A DNA stretch of 64,000 nt from Vicugna vicugna. Its lineage: Eukaryota. Below the pieces are notes generated by a model. The model was not told where the DNA came from. It was given only the letters and a program-made list of their open reading frames with translations, and did not search any database. Position 1 is the stretch's first letter, and each line of letters starts with the position of its first letter. Shown piece by piece: positions 27,241 through 40,402 of this stretch. Where the stretch lies: NCBI GenBank assembly GCA_013265495.1, contig MU058213.1, positions 6,035,149 to 6,099,148 on the forward strand. The letters run 5' to 3'. A program made the position numbers and the translations under genes.

Positions 27241-28882
27241 TGAATGAGGAGTTAAACAAATTAATTCATTCTAAAACAAAACTTCAAAGTTTTGTGATAT
27301 TTGTGAATATTATTTCCTGTAATGATTATAGAAATAGAAAACTTTAAAGTGAAACTGGAAAAAAAATGCTCGAAATTTAAGGAAGGATATAGTTAACAAT
27401 GATAAAACATAGTGACTCTTTTTCTGATAATCAAGAAGTACTGAGCTTTGTAACTTCTTGGAATATAGCATTGATTTGAAAATGTAACTTTTAGAAAATC
27501 AGTTTTAAAGTATGTCTCACAACTTATATTGAGCTTACTGAAAGTTTCCTTTAAATACATGCTTGCAGTTTCCTTTGAAAATATGGCTGAATGACCTAAC
27601 TTTCACCCCTGCTGCATGAATCAAAGAAGTTAATATTGAAGGCAATCCTTCTGTAATGAAACTAGAGAATCACTATAGCTCTGTACAATGCTACAAAGAA
27701 AATCTTCCAGATAAAATGAAATTAGGGTAAAATCCAAAGAGGAGACAAATGTATTTCTAGTAAACAGATGCACATCTTTTAGAGTAAGAGAGATGTGTAT
27801 TCCTCTGAGGGACCTTTCAATAGTCACTTGCAACATAAGAATTCAAAACGAAGAAATGGTCGAAGCCATTTTTTTTTTTAAGGCTATTTTCCTGGCAAGG
27901 TTTCCATGGCAGGTTCCTGGCAAATATCCCTCTTTCTCTTAATATAGCACGGGAAAAAGCATGGAACAGAGATCAGCAATGAAAGAGTATCTTTGGAGTC
28001 TTGTCTAGGAGGACTTGCAAGTTCCTTACCTCTCTGTAGTGCTCTATAACCAGTAAATCATAAAGGAAAACAAGATTTATATATTTATAAATACATAATT
28101 TGTACATTTGACTATACAAAAGTGAAAAACTTGAATATGGCAAAATAAAATTAACAGAAGACAATTTGAAAAAAATTTATACTACCTCTGACAAAGCTTC
28201 CATGTATACAAAGAATACTTATTAATCAGCAAGAAAAAGGTAAATAATAGGCTAAGAATATGAATAGATAATTCAGGGAAGAAATATAAGTGATTTATAA
28301 ATACAAGATTTTTGTCCAATTAGCATTTTAAAAATTTAGTGATAATGTAAGAGTAATTAGGCAGAAACGCTTATGCACTGTTGATGGAAATTAATTATGG
28401 TCAGATTTTGGGAAGGATATTTTGTCAACTAATATCTGAATGTAAATTACTGCCTCAGACTCAACTACCTATAGGAATTTATGCTAGAGAAACTGTTGAG
28501 TAGTGTGTTGTGTGCAAGTGCATGCATATATGAAAGAGAGTGAGCACAAGAGGAATCATACACACAGATGTTTATTGCAGCTTTGGGTTGCTTTCAATTT
28601 TTATCAATTGGTGATTTTGTCAATAAATTTTGATTCATTCCTATAATAGAATGCTGTGAAGCTGTGCATGAAGTAAAGCTGTGTTATACTGACATGAGAA
28701 GATATCTAAGATTATTCAAAGAAGAAAGCAGGTTGCCAAGCAGAACTAAGCAGACTGAAGCATTGATAAAGTATTCATAAAAATTAAATACGTGCTAATA
28801 TGTTTGTAAAATATAGTAGGAATGTATAATGCCAGTATATGCCCAACTCCATGGTGCCTATCCTTTTTTTTTTTTTTAACAG

Positions 28883-29231
28883 ATGCTTCTTTGACAAGAC
28901 CACTTCATCATCAAGCCTCTGCCTGCCCCCACTCTCATGGAAACCCTCCTCCTCAGACTCAGCCTCCACCTCAAGTGGATTATGTTATTCCTCATCCTGT
29001 ACATGCTTTCCATTCTCAAATATCTTCTCATGCAACATCTCACCCTGTGGCACCCCCAGCCCCAACTCACTTAGCCAGTACGGCTGCACCAATCCCTCAG
29101 CATCTTCCTCCCACACACCAGCCAATTTCACACCATATTCCAGCCACCGCACCTCCAGCACAGAGACTGCATCCTCATGAAGTGATGCAGAGGATGGAAG
29201 TTCAAAGGAGGAGGATGATGCAGCATCCAAC
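28883..29231 (+). CDS. RNF111: RNF111 exon 8 (349 nt), Pro/His-rich
   Basis: Long poly-T tract then aacag|AT; translates (Y)[24 protein letters not shown]...[11 protein letters not shown](T); donor AC|GTATGT. Confidence 0.96.
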
Positions 29232-29780
29232 GTATGTTTTTTGTTTTTAAAAAGATAATCACACGTTATTTCTTCTCCTTCTATTTCCATTAGTCTTTAA
29301 AACTATAAAATCTTTAGAGTGATATAACTATACTAAATCCTCAACTCACTAGGAAATTCTTTACTAACCAGAATCTTTCTCTGTCTTATCCTGAGTTGTA
29401 GGTATTGACAAAACACATTTATATTGGGTTATTTAATGAAATCAAAGCGTTTTCAGGATATGACTCGTGGTCATTTATTTTTACAAACCAATCTCTTGAT
29501 TATTTCTTCAGTATTCCAAACTAAAGATTAATGTTAAAATTAAAGATCCTGAATAATAAGATATAAAGCTATTAAAGATTTAATTTGATTTATTTTATGT
29601 TACCAACCAGAGGGAAGAAGAGTATTAGTAGAATTTTCAACAACTGACATTGAAACACCAGTCTTCTTAACTTAGTTTATTTATAAATTTGAATATTAAA
29701 ATATCATATTCCTCAAACATTATGGAAAGACTGTAATTGAACTTTTTGTTTTCTTTTGAAAGTTCAAGATCTGATTTTCT

Positions 29781-29949
29781 TTCAATAATTTGCTCTTCCT
29801 GTTTATTTTATTTTTATTTTTATTTTGGAGTCAGGAGGTAATTAGGTTTATTTACTTATTTACTTTATAATGGAGGTACTGGGGATTGAACCCAGAACCT
29901 CATGCAGGCTAAGCACGTGCTTTACCACTGAGCTATACCCTCCCCCAAC
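29781..29949 (-). mobile_element. tRNA-derived SINE with 16-bp TSD
   Basis: tggaggtactggggattgaacccagaacc...ccactgagctataccctcccc. TSD caagatctgattttct (29765-29780) / caggatctgattttct (29950-29965). Confidence 0.92.
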
Positions 29950-29984
29950 CAGGATCTGATTTTCTAATTCAGGACAACATACTT

Positions 29985-30170
29985 TGTTGGTCTTACTTTG
30001 CCTGTCTTTGTAAATAAAGTCCTATAGGAAAGCAGCTACACTTATTTATGTATGCATTGTCTGTGGCTTCTGTCATGTTACGACAGCTGAGTTAAGTAGT
30101 TGTGACAGAGACCACGTGGCCTATAGAGCAAACCATTCTAACTACTTGGCCCATACAGGATGCTCACAAA
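29985..30170. mobile_element. MER58-like hAT relic
   Basis: gcctgtctttgtaaataaagt...gctgagttaagtagttgtgacagagaccacgtggcc. Confidence 0.75.
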
Positions 30171-31086
30171 ACTCTCGATCTAATTAATGACCTGGAACTT
30201 GTGTAACTTCTTCCTTTACTTACATAACTTAAGATTATATTCAGAATGTCTGGTTATTGCTGTCATTCTAGTATAATGACCCTTTATACAGAAAGTTGCC
30301 AATTTAACATTCATATCTTTCAGTGTCTAGAAAATTACTTGTTCTAAATCATTGAGATTAGACACGCAAAATCTATAAATGGGTTCAAAACTATTAGAAA
30401 TTAAGAATTAGACTACAAAAAATTAATCTCTGAAACTGTTTTTCTTTTAAGTGCCCTTTGTCTAGAACTTCATGACCATTTACAGTAGTATATTTGACTT
30501 TATACTAGAAAGAGAAAATGTAATAAGCTGGGATGCCAAATAAAGAGTGTGAATGGAGCTAATACCAGTTTTTTCCAGATATGTTGACATGTATTTGCAT
30601 GTATTTGAAAAAATGCACAAGGTTAAAATTTTTTTAATACAAGGTTTATCCATTAAAATGGATGAATGTTATTACAATATAAAAGTGAAGAAAATAGTTT
30701 CCATTTTCCTGCCTTGTATGTTTATATAAAATAACTTCTTTAAGCATTTGCTGTAGTATTAATTTTTAAAATATTTTCATTTAGCTCCTGTTATTCTATT
30801 TAAAATATCTCTTGTATGGAAGATATACAAAATAATGTTAAAACTCTCTTTTCCCTTGGATTATATTTAAATTGGAGGCATTTTTATAAATGAGCAGTGA
30901 GAATTTGTGGGATTATGGTTTATTGATTTATTAATAATTAAATTATATTCTTTAATTGTTAGAGAATTAATTTCATCACTAATCTATAGATGTTTGTAAT
31001 ATTAATACTAGATTGTTTTTTCTACATTAAGAAATAACCAATTATTCAATTATTTCCAGTGGTCTTTTTGTGTTCTGTGTTTCCAG

Positions 31087-31212
31087 GCGGGCACATGAAC
31101 GCCCCCCACCCCATCCACATAGGATGCACCCAAACTATGGTCATGGGCATCATATTCATGTGCCTCAGACTATGTCATCACATCCTCGACAGGCTCCAGA
31201 GAGATCTGCCTG
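31087..31212 (+). CDS. RNF111: RNF111 exon 9 (126 nt; alternative upstream acceptor at 31060)
   Basis: Acceptor tgtgtttccag|G; translates [41 protein letters not shown](W); donor TG|GTCAGT. Confidence 0.94.
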
Positions 31213-32215
31213 GTCAGTATTGTGTTTATTTCAAAGCTATGCTCAGTAGTTTATGATTAAAAACTTGGAAGAGATACTCTGTGGTGGAATGCCATACAGA
31301 AGGGTGATGTGGAGAAACTGAATTCTAGCTTAGCTGTGAAGCACTGTCTCTGGCAAGTCATAGAGACCTGGAGAGGAAAGAGTAGGAGCTTGAGTTCTGG
31401 GGCAGGGAACCGTGTCAAACAGGAGTAGTGGCTTTGTTGTTGTTTTTCAGGGATCTACCATCAGAAGTTAACTCTAAATGGATCCTACTTTTCACAACTT
31501 CTTTATCGATGCCCCTCCCAACCTTTGAACTCAGATTTGCTTTTCAACCACTAACCCCTGGTGTTCACAATGAAATTCAGCCTGCATCTTCCTAGGCTTG
31601 TTTCCTAGAGAAGTGGAAGCAGATTTACATTAATTTTCTTTCTGGATCCGTTGTTTGTAGGTGGTCATTCAGATCTTGATCCACAGTAACTTTTGAGGCA
31701 AAACAGGAAATGAAAATCAATAAATGAAGATTTGGCACTTAACCAATTTTACTCTTTCTAAAATTTTGTTTACCCTTGCTTTATAAGGTATAGAAGTGTC
31801 TACTCTTGTAATTATCCTTGATGCCAACAACCCAGAGACACTATGAACCCAACAAATGAAAGCCCTGGGAGCAACATTCATGTAAACTCTATTCTATATG
31901 CTTCTCAAGTAGAATCAGACTTTTAGATTGGAAGGAACCTTAGGGGCCATGCATTGTATTTTCTTCCTTTGTAAGATGTGAAACTGAATACAAGCTTTGC
32001 TCCTCATGATCATAAAATAGAATTTTTGAGTTTCAATTTCTAAAATAAACTTGAAATTATTAGTTATATCCTTTGGACTAAATTATCTTTTTTTCTCAAC
32101 TAAGTTAAGAAACTTTAGGTTACTTTTAAAAATGTTAACATACTCCCCTCATTTCTGTTGAAAATAAAGACATTGTGAGGATGTCTCAAAGTTAAGCTGT
32201 TCTCATTCTTGTCAG

Positions 32216-32342
32216 GGAACTGGGAATTGAAGCTGGAGTGACTGCAGCTACTTACACGCCTGGAGCATTGCATCCTCACTTGGCCCATTACCACGCACCA
32301 CCTCGACTTCATCACTTACAATTAGGAGCTCTTCCTTTAATG
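32216..32342 (+). CDS. RNF111: RNF111 exon 10 (127 nt)
   Basis: Acceptor tcattcttgtcag|G; translates [42 protein letters not shown]; donor ATG|GTAAAA. Confidence 0.95.
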
Positions 32343-33094
32343 GTAAAATACGAAAACTTCAAAATTCTGACATATTCTTTGAAAACTATTCTTCCTTTTC
32401 TAAATTAAATATTTTACTGAAAATATTTTTAACGTGTTAGTTGTTGATAGATGTTTTAGTAGAGGTTGAGAATTATTATTAGATTGGAATTGTGCTATAT
32501 AAAGGTATTAGATATATTAGAATATGTATTTGTATTTGCATTTATACCAAGATGAGAGTCTTGATCCGCTCTCACTAGAACGTGTGCTTTATTTTGTTAT
32601 AAGTGATAATGGGTCTGTTCTGATGCATTCATACTTTATTTTCTGATCAGCAGAAGGACTATACTAATTCTGTACATCTGGTTTGAACAGGTTCAGATTT
32701 TGTTAATACCAATTTGAGTCCTAAAGAACAAGTTTAGCATAAATTGAGTCTTCTCTTTATAATACATATTATGCAGTAGAGAGAGGTGAATAGTTTTGTC
32801 TTGTGTGGGTAGAGGCACTGCAGAGGTGCCTCCAAGACACTTTATTATACATGCAACTTCTAAACATGCTTTGGAATTGAAAATGATGATTTAAAGTGGT
32901 TACGGTATGTAAAGAGCTTTTAAATAGCATAAGCACAAGGAACTCCAAGTAAGTTGGTATTTCTACATCTTAGGGGTAAGGGTCACTCAGCAGTGAGAAA
33001 TCTGCCCTGCCAAGAATCTAGGACTCGTGAAAGGAGAATCTCTTGATCACATTTTTGTGGTTAAGTGATTTAATCAGGTTGTATTAAATAAACC

Positions 33095-34200
33095 GCTACC
33101 TCATCTGTGTGGAAAATAGATTTCAGGGTAGGAGGAAGGATCCTAGTTAGGACATTATAGTAGAAGAGATAAAAGTTGGTGAATGCCTGGACAAAGGGTG
33201 TGGCAGTTGGCATAAAAATGATGGGATACATTTGAATAATATTTAGGATGACTCCCAGATGTCTAGCTTGGGTTATTAGGTATATGCTGTTGCCATTCAC
33301 TAAACTGGAAAATATTAGGTGAGGATTTAGGGAAGGAGTTAGATGAGTTAGGTTTTGGACATACTGAATCTGAGATAACTGTGTATCAAGGTGGAATGTC
33401 CAGTATGAAGTTAAGTGTATGGGCTGGACCTTCAAACTATAAACTGAACAAGTTCATACTGTATAGCACAGGGAGCTATATTCAATATCTTGTAGGAACT
33501 ATGGTGAAAAAGAATATGAAAACAAATGCATGTGTGTTCATGTGACTGAGCATTGTGCTGTGCACCAGAAATTGAGACAATATTGTAAATTAACTATACC
33601 TCAGTAAAAAAAAAATAAAAACTATATATATAAATATACATATATAACTATATATAAACTGATATCCAAGTTAAAGATAGGTTGTGATCTGTCAATATAT
33701 AATATATATGTGTCACATATCTGTCATTATATATATAAATCTGTGGAAGAGGATTAAATTCCAGGAAAAATGTTCAGACTGACAAGAGGTTGAAAAAACC
33801 TTGGAGAATAATAATTCTATATTTAAATGATAGTACTGTAATGTAAAACAAAGGATGCTAAGAACCGTCTAGAGAAGTTGAGGAGAAACCAGGTTAGAAT
33901 AATGTCAAAATAATACAGTCAGTAGTGTTTCACCACAAAAAAATAAAGTTTAAAAAATGTTGAGTGCATGTGGCATTGTGTGGTTATATTGGTAGTTTTT
34001 GTCAGATGACTTCAGTATGGTGAGGAATGGAGATGGGGTGTGTCCTAGATTACAGTAAGGGAGGTGAAAATGTGGAGATAGTGAACATGAGCTATTTGCT
34101 TTATAAACTTGGCAGTGAAGAGAAAGTGGGAAATAGGGTTGGAATTTGTTCCAGCTTAAAGAGGTAATTTGAGTTTAGAGATACTTGAAAGTAATTTTAG
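33095..34200 (-). mobile_element. L2 relic interrupted by an L1 insert
   Basis: gatgactcccagatgtctagcttgg, tgccattcactaaactgg and ttttggacatactgaatctgag are antisense-L2 motifs. Confidence 0.65.
33443..33618 (+). mobile_element. Short L1 3'-end insert inside an L2 relic
   Basis: ctgtatagcacagggagctatattcaatatcttgta...tgcaccagaaattga...ttgtaaattaactatacctcagtaaaaaaaa; flanked by aaactata repeats. Confidence 0.82.
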
Positions 34201-34779
34201 AAATGCATATTAAAACAAGGTGATAAAGTTGTTACAAAATATACAAATTTTAGGTTTAAAACAAAACAGCATTAGAGAGGACTTGTTTGAAGATATAAAA
34301 GAGAGGGGTGGGTAGCAGTTAATTAAGGATGACCCAGGGTGGGGAAACAGGCGAAGATGGGCACAGGTGACAGAGCTTATCTTTGAATAGGAAAAAGAGG
34401 AAGGTCACCCATGAAAACTAGAGGGAGGGGTTAGGAAGGGTTACAGGATATATGTGGTGTAAGTATGTGGGGGGCAGGGGCTTTTGATTTATCCTTTTTC
34501 TTGGAAATGTGTAGGAAGTTAGGTTATCTGCTTAAAGCTGGATACTGTTGATCTTGATTATAAAGAAAGTTGCAGATATTTAAATAATAGGGTATTTGAA
34601 GGTGAAAAGTTATTACTCACTTTAAATTCTTTTCCACATATGAACTGTCTTGTAAAGCTATAAAACTGCTAGGAGTATGCTGTGATTCAGTGGAAGCTGA
34701 TTAAAAAATAATTTGGGAGATTTATTTATACAGATGGAAGAATGGTGCTCTGTCCCAGAATCTCCCTTTCCTAATACTA

Positions 34780-35413
34780 TGGTCAACTCTTGTTAGTCAC
34801 CATAGTTATGTTCTGTAAAGTTCTGCAAACGCTGAGGAAGCGAATATTGAACTATTATTCCCCAGATAAATACAGTTCTAGGTTACTGCAATCCTTTGGT
34901 CACAACCAGTCAGTTGATATATAACCTTATTTTAATGTGTATTTCTGATTGAAGACACTATATTTGACATATACTGTTGATTCATCAACATTGAACTCGT
35001 GACCAGCAACACCATAACTCAGGCCTGAAAGAAGCTTTATCAACACATATTTTCTCCATAAGGCATATCACAGCCTTCTTGCACTGAGGAACACTAGCCA
35101 GCACTTTAAGCATTATGTTTGGGGGCCATCTTAAACAAAGCAGTTACCTATAAAAAGCACAAAAATGTGAAAAACATTGCACTACATAGACTGCAAAAAA
35201 GACTTGTTTACAGTGTAAGAGCTGAAACAGGTAAGCAGAGTCTTGTTTCTACCTTAGCTGAGAACATACATGTTGGGCAACTCAAATTTTTTGCTGCGCT
35301 GTGCAGGTCCAAGAATGACAGTGAGAGCACAACTATTGATTTTAGAGTTAGAAATAAATTCTGTCAAGTAAGTGAACTAACAAAAGAGATCCATGAATAA
35401 TGAGGATTGACTA
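34780..35413 (+). mobile_element. MER82-like TcMar-Tigger non-autonomous element, near full length
   Basis: Degenerate TIRs (ta|tggtcaactcttgttagtcac ... atgaataatgaggattgacta|ta) with TA flanks; internal sequence recalls MER82. Confidence 0.75.
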
Positions 35414-35988
35414 TACCTAACAAATATTTAGAAAATTTAAACTTTCTTTTAACTTTTAAACTGTTAAAACTTTCACTAACAGAACCAAACCGAAAAAGGA
35501 ACAAGGGTACCTTTGGCTAATATAGAGTTAGGGGAAGGCAAATAAAATTTTTATCTTGAAGTTAAGTTTTGTTGGAAAATTTTATTCATTTTTATATCTT
35601 AATACCATTCAATTTCTCTGAAATTGACCAGAAATTATGAAAATTTTGCTCTTTATACATTTAGGCTACTAAGAGCATCAGTCTTAGGTTTGAGTATTTT
35701 CTACTTAAGATTCTTTGTGCAAAATAAATCAACTTAGAATAAACCTGTTATGAAATAGCTATTTCTTTTTCCCGTCTGACTATAATTCAGTAGTATTATA
35801 AAAGAAATTATTTTTGAAGAGGAACCTAACTCTCTTACAGAATGCTTCTTTGGAGTTGTGTATACTTATTGAAGTTGAATTTTGTGAGTAGTTGAAAGGA
35901 GAGAATTGAGCGTCTGAATTATTCAATGTTAACAGTAAAACTTGGGCCTATTCTTAATTGATATAGCCTATCTCTTCTATTAAAATAG

Positions 35989-36081
35989 GTTCCTGACATG
36001 GCAGGCTATCCTCACATTCGTTACATTTCATCAGGATTGGATGGAACATCATTCAGAGGTCCTTTCAGGGGCAATTTTGAG
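35989..36081 (+). CDS. RNF111: RNF111 exon 11 (93 nt)
   Basis: Acceptor taaaatag|GTT; translates [31 protein letters not shown]; donor GAG|GTATGT. Confidence 0.95.
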
Positions 36082-36839
36082 GTATGTAATAAAATTAATG
36101 ATATTTGCTACAGTGTCTTTCACGCAAAGAGAGAATGTATGTATTATTAGTATTTATAACTGTAGGATCGCTACCAGTGGCTGGGGATCAGAAGGCAGTA
36201 AAAAATGTCTGAATTTCTGATTTTGCCTCTAGGGATTATTATAGAAGGGTTTGTAAGCAGTATTAATCTCAGTGTCAAAAATTATTCAAGTATTTAAAGA
36301 AGAGTAAAATATCTAATATAGAACAGAAATTTATTAAATTAATCTAAATATCAGATAAAGAACCATACCACTAAATGTGGGAGAAAAACCTTAATGCTTT
36401 CAGTGCAAACTTAATTGTTAGAGAAGCGTTGCTGGAAAAAAAGAAATCTCAGTAATTCACTTTGTAGCTAAATATCTTCTTTGAATTTTATGTAAAGTTT
36501 TGTTTCTTCATGTCAGCTTGGAAATTGGAGTCAGTGGATCTTAGAACTACTGTTTGATTTGTTTCCCTGTTTTACTAGAGTGATTTCATCCTCTACATGC
36601 ATACATGCTTACTGACTTGTGTAGTACCATGTGGTAATATTACATTGCCCTAGTCTGTAAGGATAACTTTGCCATGCACTTTAGTAAGCTGAGAGAGAAT
36701 TATACACAGCCATTTGCCTTACCATATATGGCTATTGAACATTCTATTTACATTGCACATTTTGGCTTTTACAGTATTGACAGTGCTATTCAAGAAATAA
36801 TCATTCTGGCTTTTAATACTAGTTATTCTTCACCTTCAG

Positions 36840-36935
36840 GAACTTATTCATTTGGAAGAAAGATTAGGAAATGTTAATCGTGGAGCATCCCAGGGGACAA
36901 TTGAAAGATGTACATATCCACATAAATACAAAAAG
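36840..36935 (+). CDS. RNF111: RNF111 exon 12 (96 nt), NRG/TIER segment preceding the RING
   Basis: Acceptor ttcaccttcag|G; translates [32 protein letters not shown]; donor AAG|GTAAGA. Confidence 0.96.
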
Positions 36936-38137
36936 GTAAGAATTTATTCTCTGAAATACCTACATTATTATTGAAGTGCATAATATTTATTACTATGGAC
37001 TTTCTCATAATATATATGAAAGCATGTGTGACACTTCTGAAAATTGTAAAGCACTGTAGAATTTAAAGAATCTTTTGTTCAGTAAACTTACTTGTTGAGT
37101 GCCTACCAAAAAAGTAAAAAAGAAAAATTTAAAAAAGAACATAAAGATATTCTGGACTTTCTTTGGGTTTATGGAGTCTAGCAACTACATTTTTTATTAC
37201 TAAAATAATACATGCATATGGTTTTTAAAAAATTGAAAGTATAAAAATATATATTCTGAAGTCTCTTACCCTGCTGATCCTGGTCTTCCTTCCCAGAAGA
37301 AAAATAATGGTTAAAGATTTCTTATGTAATCTTCCACATATGTTTATGCATTTATAATAATGTGCATATGTATATATTTTTCTTCCACTTTGAAAAATAT
37401 CACAAAGGAGATAATATGCACACGGTTTTGTACATTTTTGTTTCATTCTATATCTGTACACACAGATCAGCCACATTCTTTTTAATAGCTTATACAAAAT
37501 GCCATCATATAGTAGTACCATAATTTAACTAGTCAGTTATTTTGATGGATATTTAAATTGACCTACATTTCTTGTATTGTACCCTCAATTCCGTATGTAG
37601 TATTCCAGCTAGAAGTTATGGAGTAGACATGTTAAATAAATGTTTTTCAACAAACAACAAAGTTCTATAGAGAAAAATAAAGTATTAAAATTATTATTCT
37701 TTGTATTTTTCATTCTTTCTCTAAAAATATTAATGAGGTGTTATTAAATTTAAGTTCTTTCAACAGTCTAAACTAATTAACGTTAATTTTTTAATTAATT
37801 AATGTTATTTGAAACATTTATTACTAAAATAAAGTGTTTTAGCTGTGGTCATGATGGGACAAAAATAGTGTATATTATCCTAATGGTGGATTAAAAATGA
37901 GAAATTTCAAACTGATGAATCTCTGTTGCTTTCACTTTTGCTTTTGATGCTGATTATGTAAGTGTCTTAAAAGAACATTTAGTTGATGATTGTCACTTAA
38001 TTCATCCACTAATTCATGAGAGTTGTACCTGGGGTATAAGTTGTGGGTGAACGGGTGGTTTTGTTTTGTTTTGTTTTGTTTTTCAAATAAACGCAGACTT
38101 TACTCAGTTGTTCAATAATGTCATCTCTACTAATAAG

Positions 38138-38265
38138 GTAACAACTGATTGGTTCTCACAGAGGAAACTGCACTGCAAACAAGATGGGGAAGAAGGGACT
38201 GAGGAAGACACAGAGGAAAAATGTACTATCTGTTTGTCTATTTTAGAGGAAGGTGAAGATGTGAG
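38138..38265 (+). CDS. RNF111: RNF111 exon 13, N-terminal half of RING-H2 (long form; short form starts 38162)
   Basis: Translates [VTTDWFSQ][34 protein letters not shown](R). Acceptors taataag|GTA and ctcacag|AGG; donor AG|GTAACT. Confidence 0.93.
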
Positions 38266-39349
38266 GTAACTAGACATTAATTATCTAACATCCATTGTCA
38301 AAACTACACAAGAGATTTTGTTTGAAAGTAGACCAGAAACCAAATAAAGATTAGTCCTGGCATAATTGTATATTACCGGTTTCTGAATTGCCTTCTTATT
38401 GTGAGTTAATGAAAGAATAAAAAGATTAAAGTCTATGTATTTCTAACAAAGGTGGGGATGGGAAATATACTCCCTGTTGTAGGGCCACACCACGACTTGG
38501 CCAGGGAAATTTTGTGGTCAAAATTGTCCTCCATAAATCTTGCAGAAAGTAGAATTTGAGAAGCTTTGGAGGCCAAGACAGTTATATTAATGTATTCTCC
38601 AAAACTTAAAGGGGGGAGGGGATCCAGATTAGCTCCATGCTGTTGTTTTATAGCATCTTTTATAATCTTGTCCTAAAATTTCCTCCCAACTTGTTGGACT
38701 GTTTTCTTCTTGCAACTTTGTGACTTAGAAAATATTATTATGCTAACCAAATAATAATTTTAGGCTTTTCTTTTTATAATCTCTTAAATAATTGTTTTGT
38801 TCCTATTCTGGTTTTTCTAATGTAACATAATCTTATATGAAACAGGCTCTATAACATATATAACAACTTTATAGTAATTTTGTTGCCCTAGTTTATAAGG
38901 ATAGCTTTATCATATTTCTTCACTTGGCTGAGAGAGGAAAAATTATAAACAACTCTCTACCATACCACATACAGGCTTATTTGAAAACTGTATTTCCAGT
39001 GACGATTTATAAATATGGATAATATTTTTAACAATAATTTTGACAGTATTGTGCCAGGAGTAATTGGAACACCTCTTTTTAGCTACTATTGTTGCAAAAT
39101 GTTAGGAAGTATGAAAATGTATGGCAACTCTTAACAGTGGATGGAAGTAGAAAAGGACACTTAAGTCAGTAACTTTTATCCTACTGTTATAGATTTAATA
39201 TTACCCTGTTATTGCAAGGAAGCTTTATTTCTCAATTTCTAATTGATAACTTAGTGTAGCGTACAAAGTAAACATCTCTTTTAGCCTACTTTTAAAAGAG
39301 TAGCATAATATTAAGTGGATAATATCACATGAAAACAATCTCAAACAAT

Positions 39350-39485
39350 CTTATTGACCTTTAGTCAGTCACGGGCTTAAAGTTTAATGTATAAAGATCC
39401 TCTAAATAGAAAATATTATTATTAAGACAAGCTTTAATCAGTATGACATGGCTGCTATATATTTACAACATTAAGTTCTAAGGTT
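39350..39485 (+). repeat. Copy A of a diverged local direct duplication (copy B at ~40403-40543)
   Basis: 24/24 identical core agtttaatgtataaagatcctcta plus collinear shared blocks. Confidence 0.85.
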
Positions 39486-39888
39486 TCTGAGAGAAAATTA
39501 AATATTTTTGAAAGTACTTCACAAATGTAATAATTTGATATTAAAAATATATTTGCAGTATTATATTACATGGACCATATTGCCATCTCTATTGCATTGG
39601 CAGATCATGTATAGAAACAAAGTTGGAATAATTGCCAATGTGGTTGTTCTTAAAATTCTTGAGATTTTATATAATTTGATTCCATAGCTGTGACAGTTAA
39701 CTATATCGCTGTGTTAATTTAATGTAGGTGTAACTCTTATTAGAGAGGATTTTTTTTTAAGTAAAAGAAAGAGGTTTGGTAACTTCAAAATATGACTGAA
39801 TTATTACATGTATCATTTGTTTAAAAATAAATGCCATGTGCAGTTGTCGTAAAACTAACTTGCTTTTTGTTTTGTTTGCCTATAATAG

Positions 39889-40006
39889 ACGGCTTCCCTG
39901 TATGCACCTTTTCCACCAAGTATGTGTTGACCAGTGGTTGATTACCAATAAGAAGTGCCCCATATGCAGAGTGGACATTGAGGCCCAGCTGCCAAGTGAA
40001 AGTTGA
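39889..40006 (+). CDS. RNF111: RNF111 last exon, coding part: C-terminal half of RING-H2 and stop
   Basis: Branch-like ctaac at ~39855, pyrimidine tract, tataatag|A; translates (R)[38 protein letters not shown]. Completes the C3H2C3 RING; TGA at 40004-40006. Confidence 0.97.
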
Positions 40007-40402
40007 CACCATGTTTCAGAACTCTTGCCCCCACCCCTCATTCCCATCCTCCTGGTACTGCAGTCAACCAAAGATGGCATGACTTACCTGCGCAGATTTG
40101 GAAGCCTTGAACTTAGAGTGCTGGCTCTGCTATATGGTACAACTAATGCTAGACCTACAGTTTATGTATACAGTTGATTTTGATGTATTTATAAAAGCTT
40201 TTTTTTTCTAGATTTGACATTTTTCCTGTATCATTTTACTGTATTTTTGCATGGTTCCTTGTATTGCATTTCTTTGCACATATTATGGGCTTATGACCCT
40301 AAACTTGCAGGCAAGATTAGCTGCTTTAGTAAGTAGAATTTTGTGGTCTTTTTGTTTTTTACATAGTACCAGGTCTTGAGAATTATGAATTTTTTTTATC
40401 CA

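Noticed and set aside
33070..33435. 121 aa minus-strand ORF
   Set aside because: Falls in a decayed L2 relic; no evidence of an independent gene.
35119..35400. 93 aa ORF in RNF111 intron 10
   Set aside because: Lies within a MER82-like non-autonomous element; no recognisable domain or splice context.
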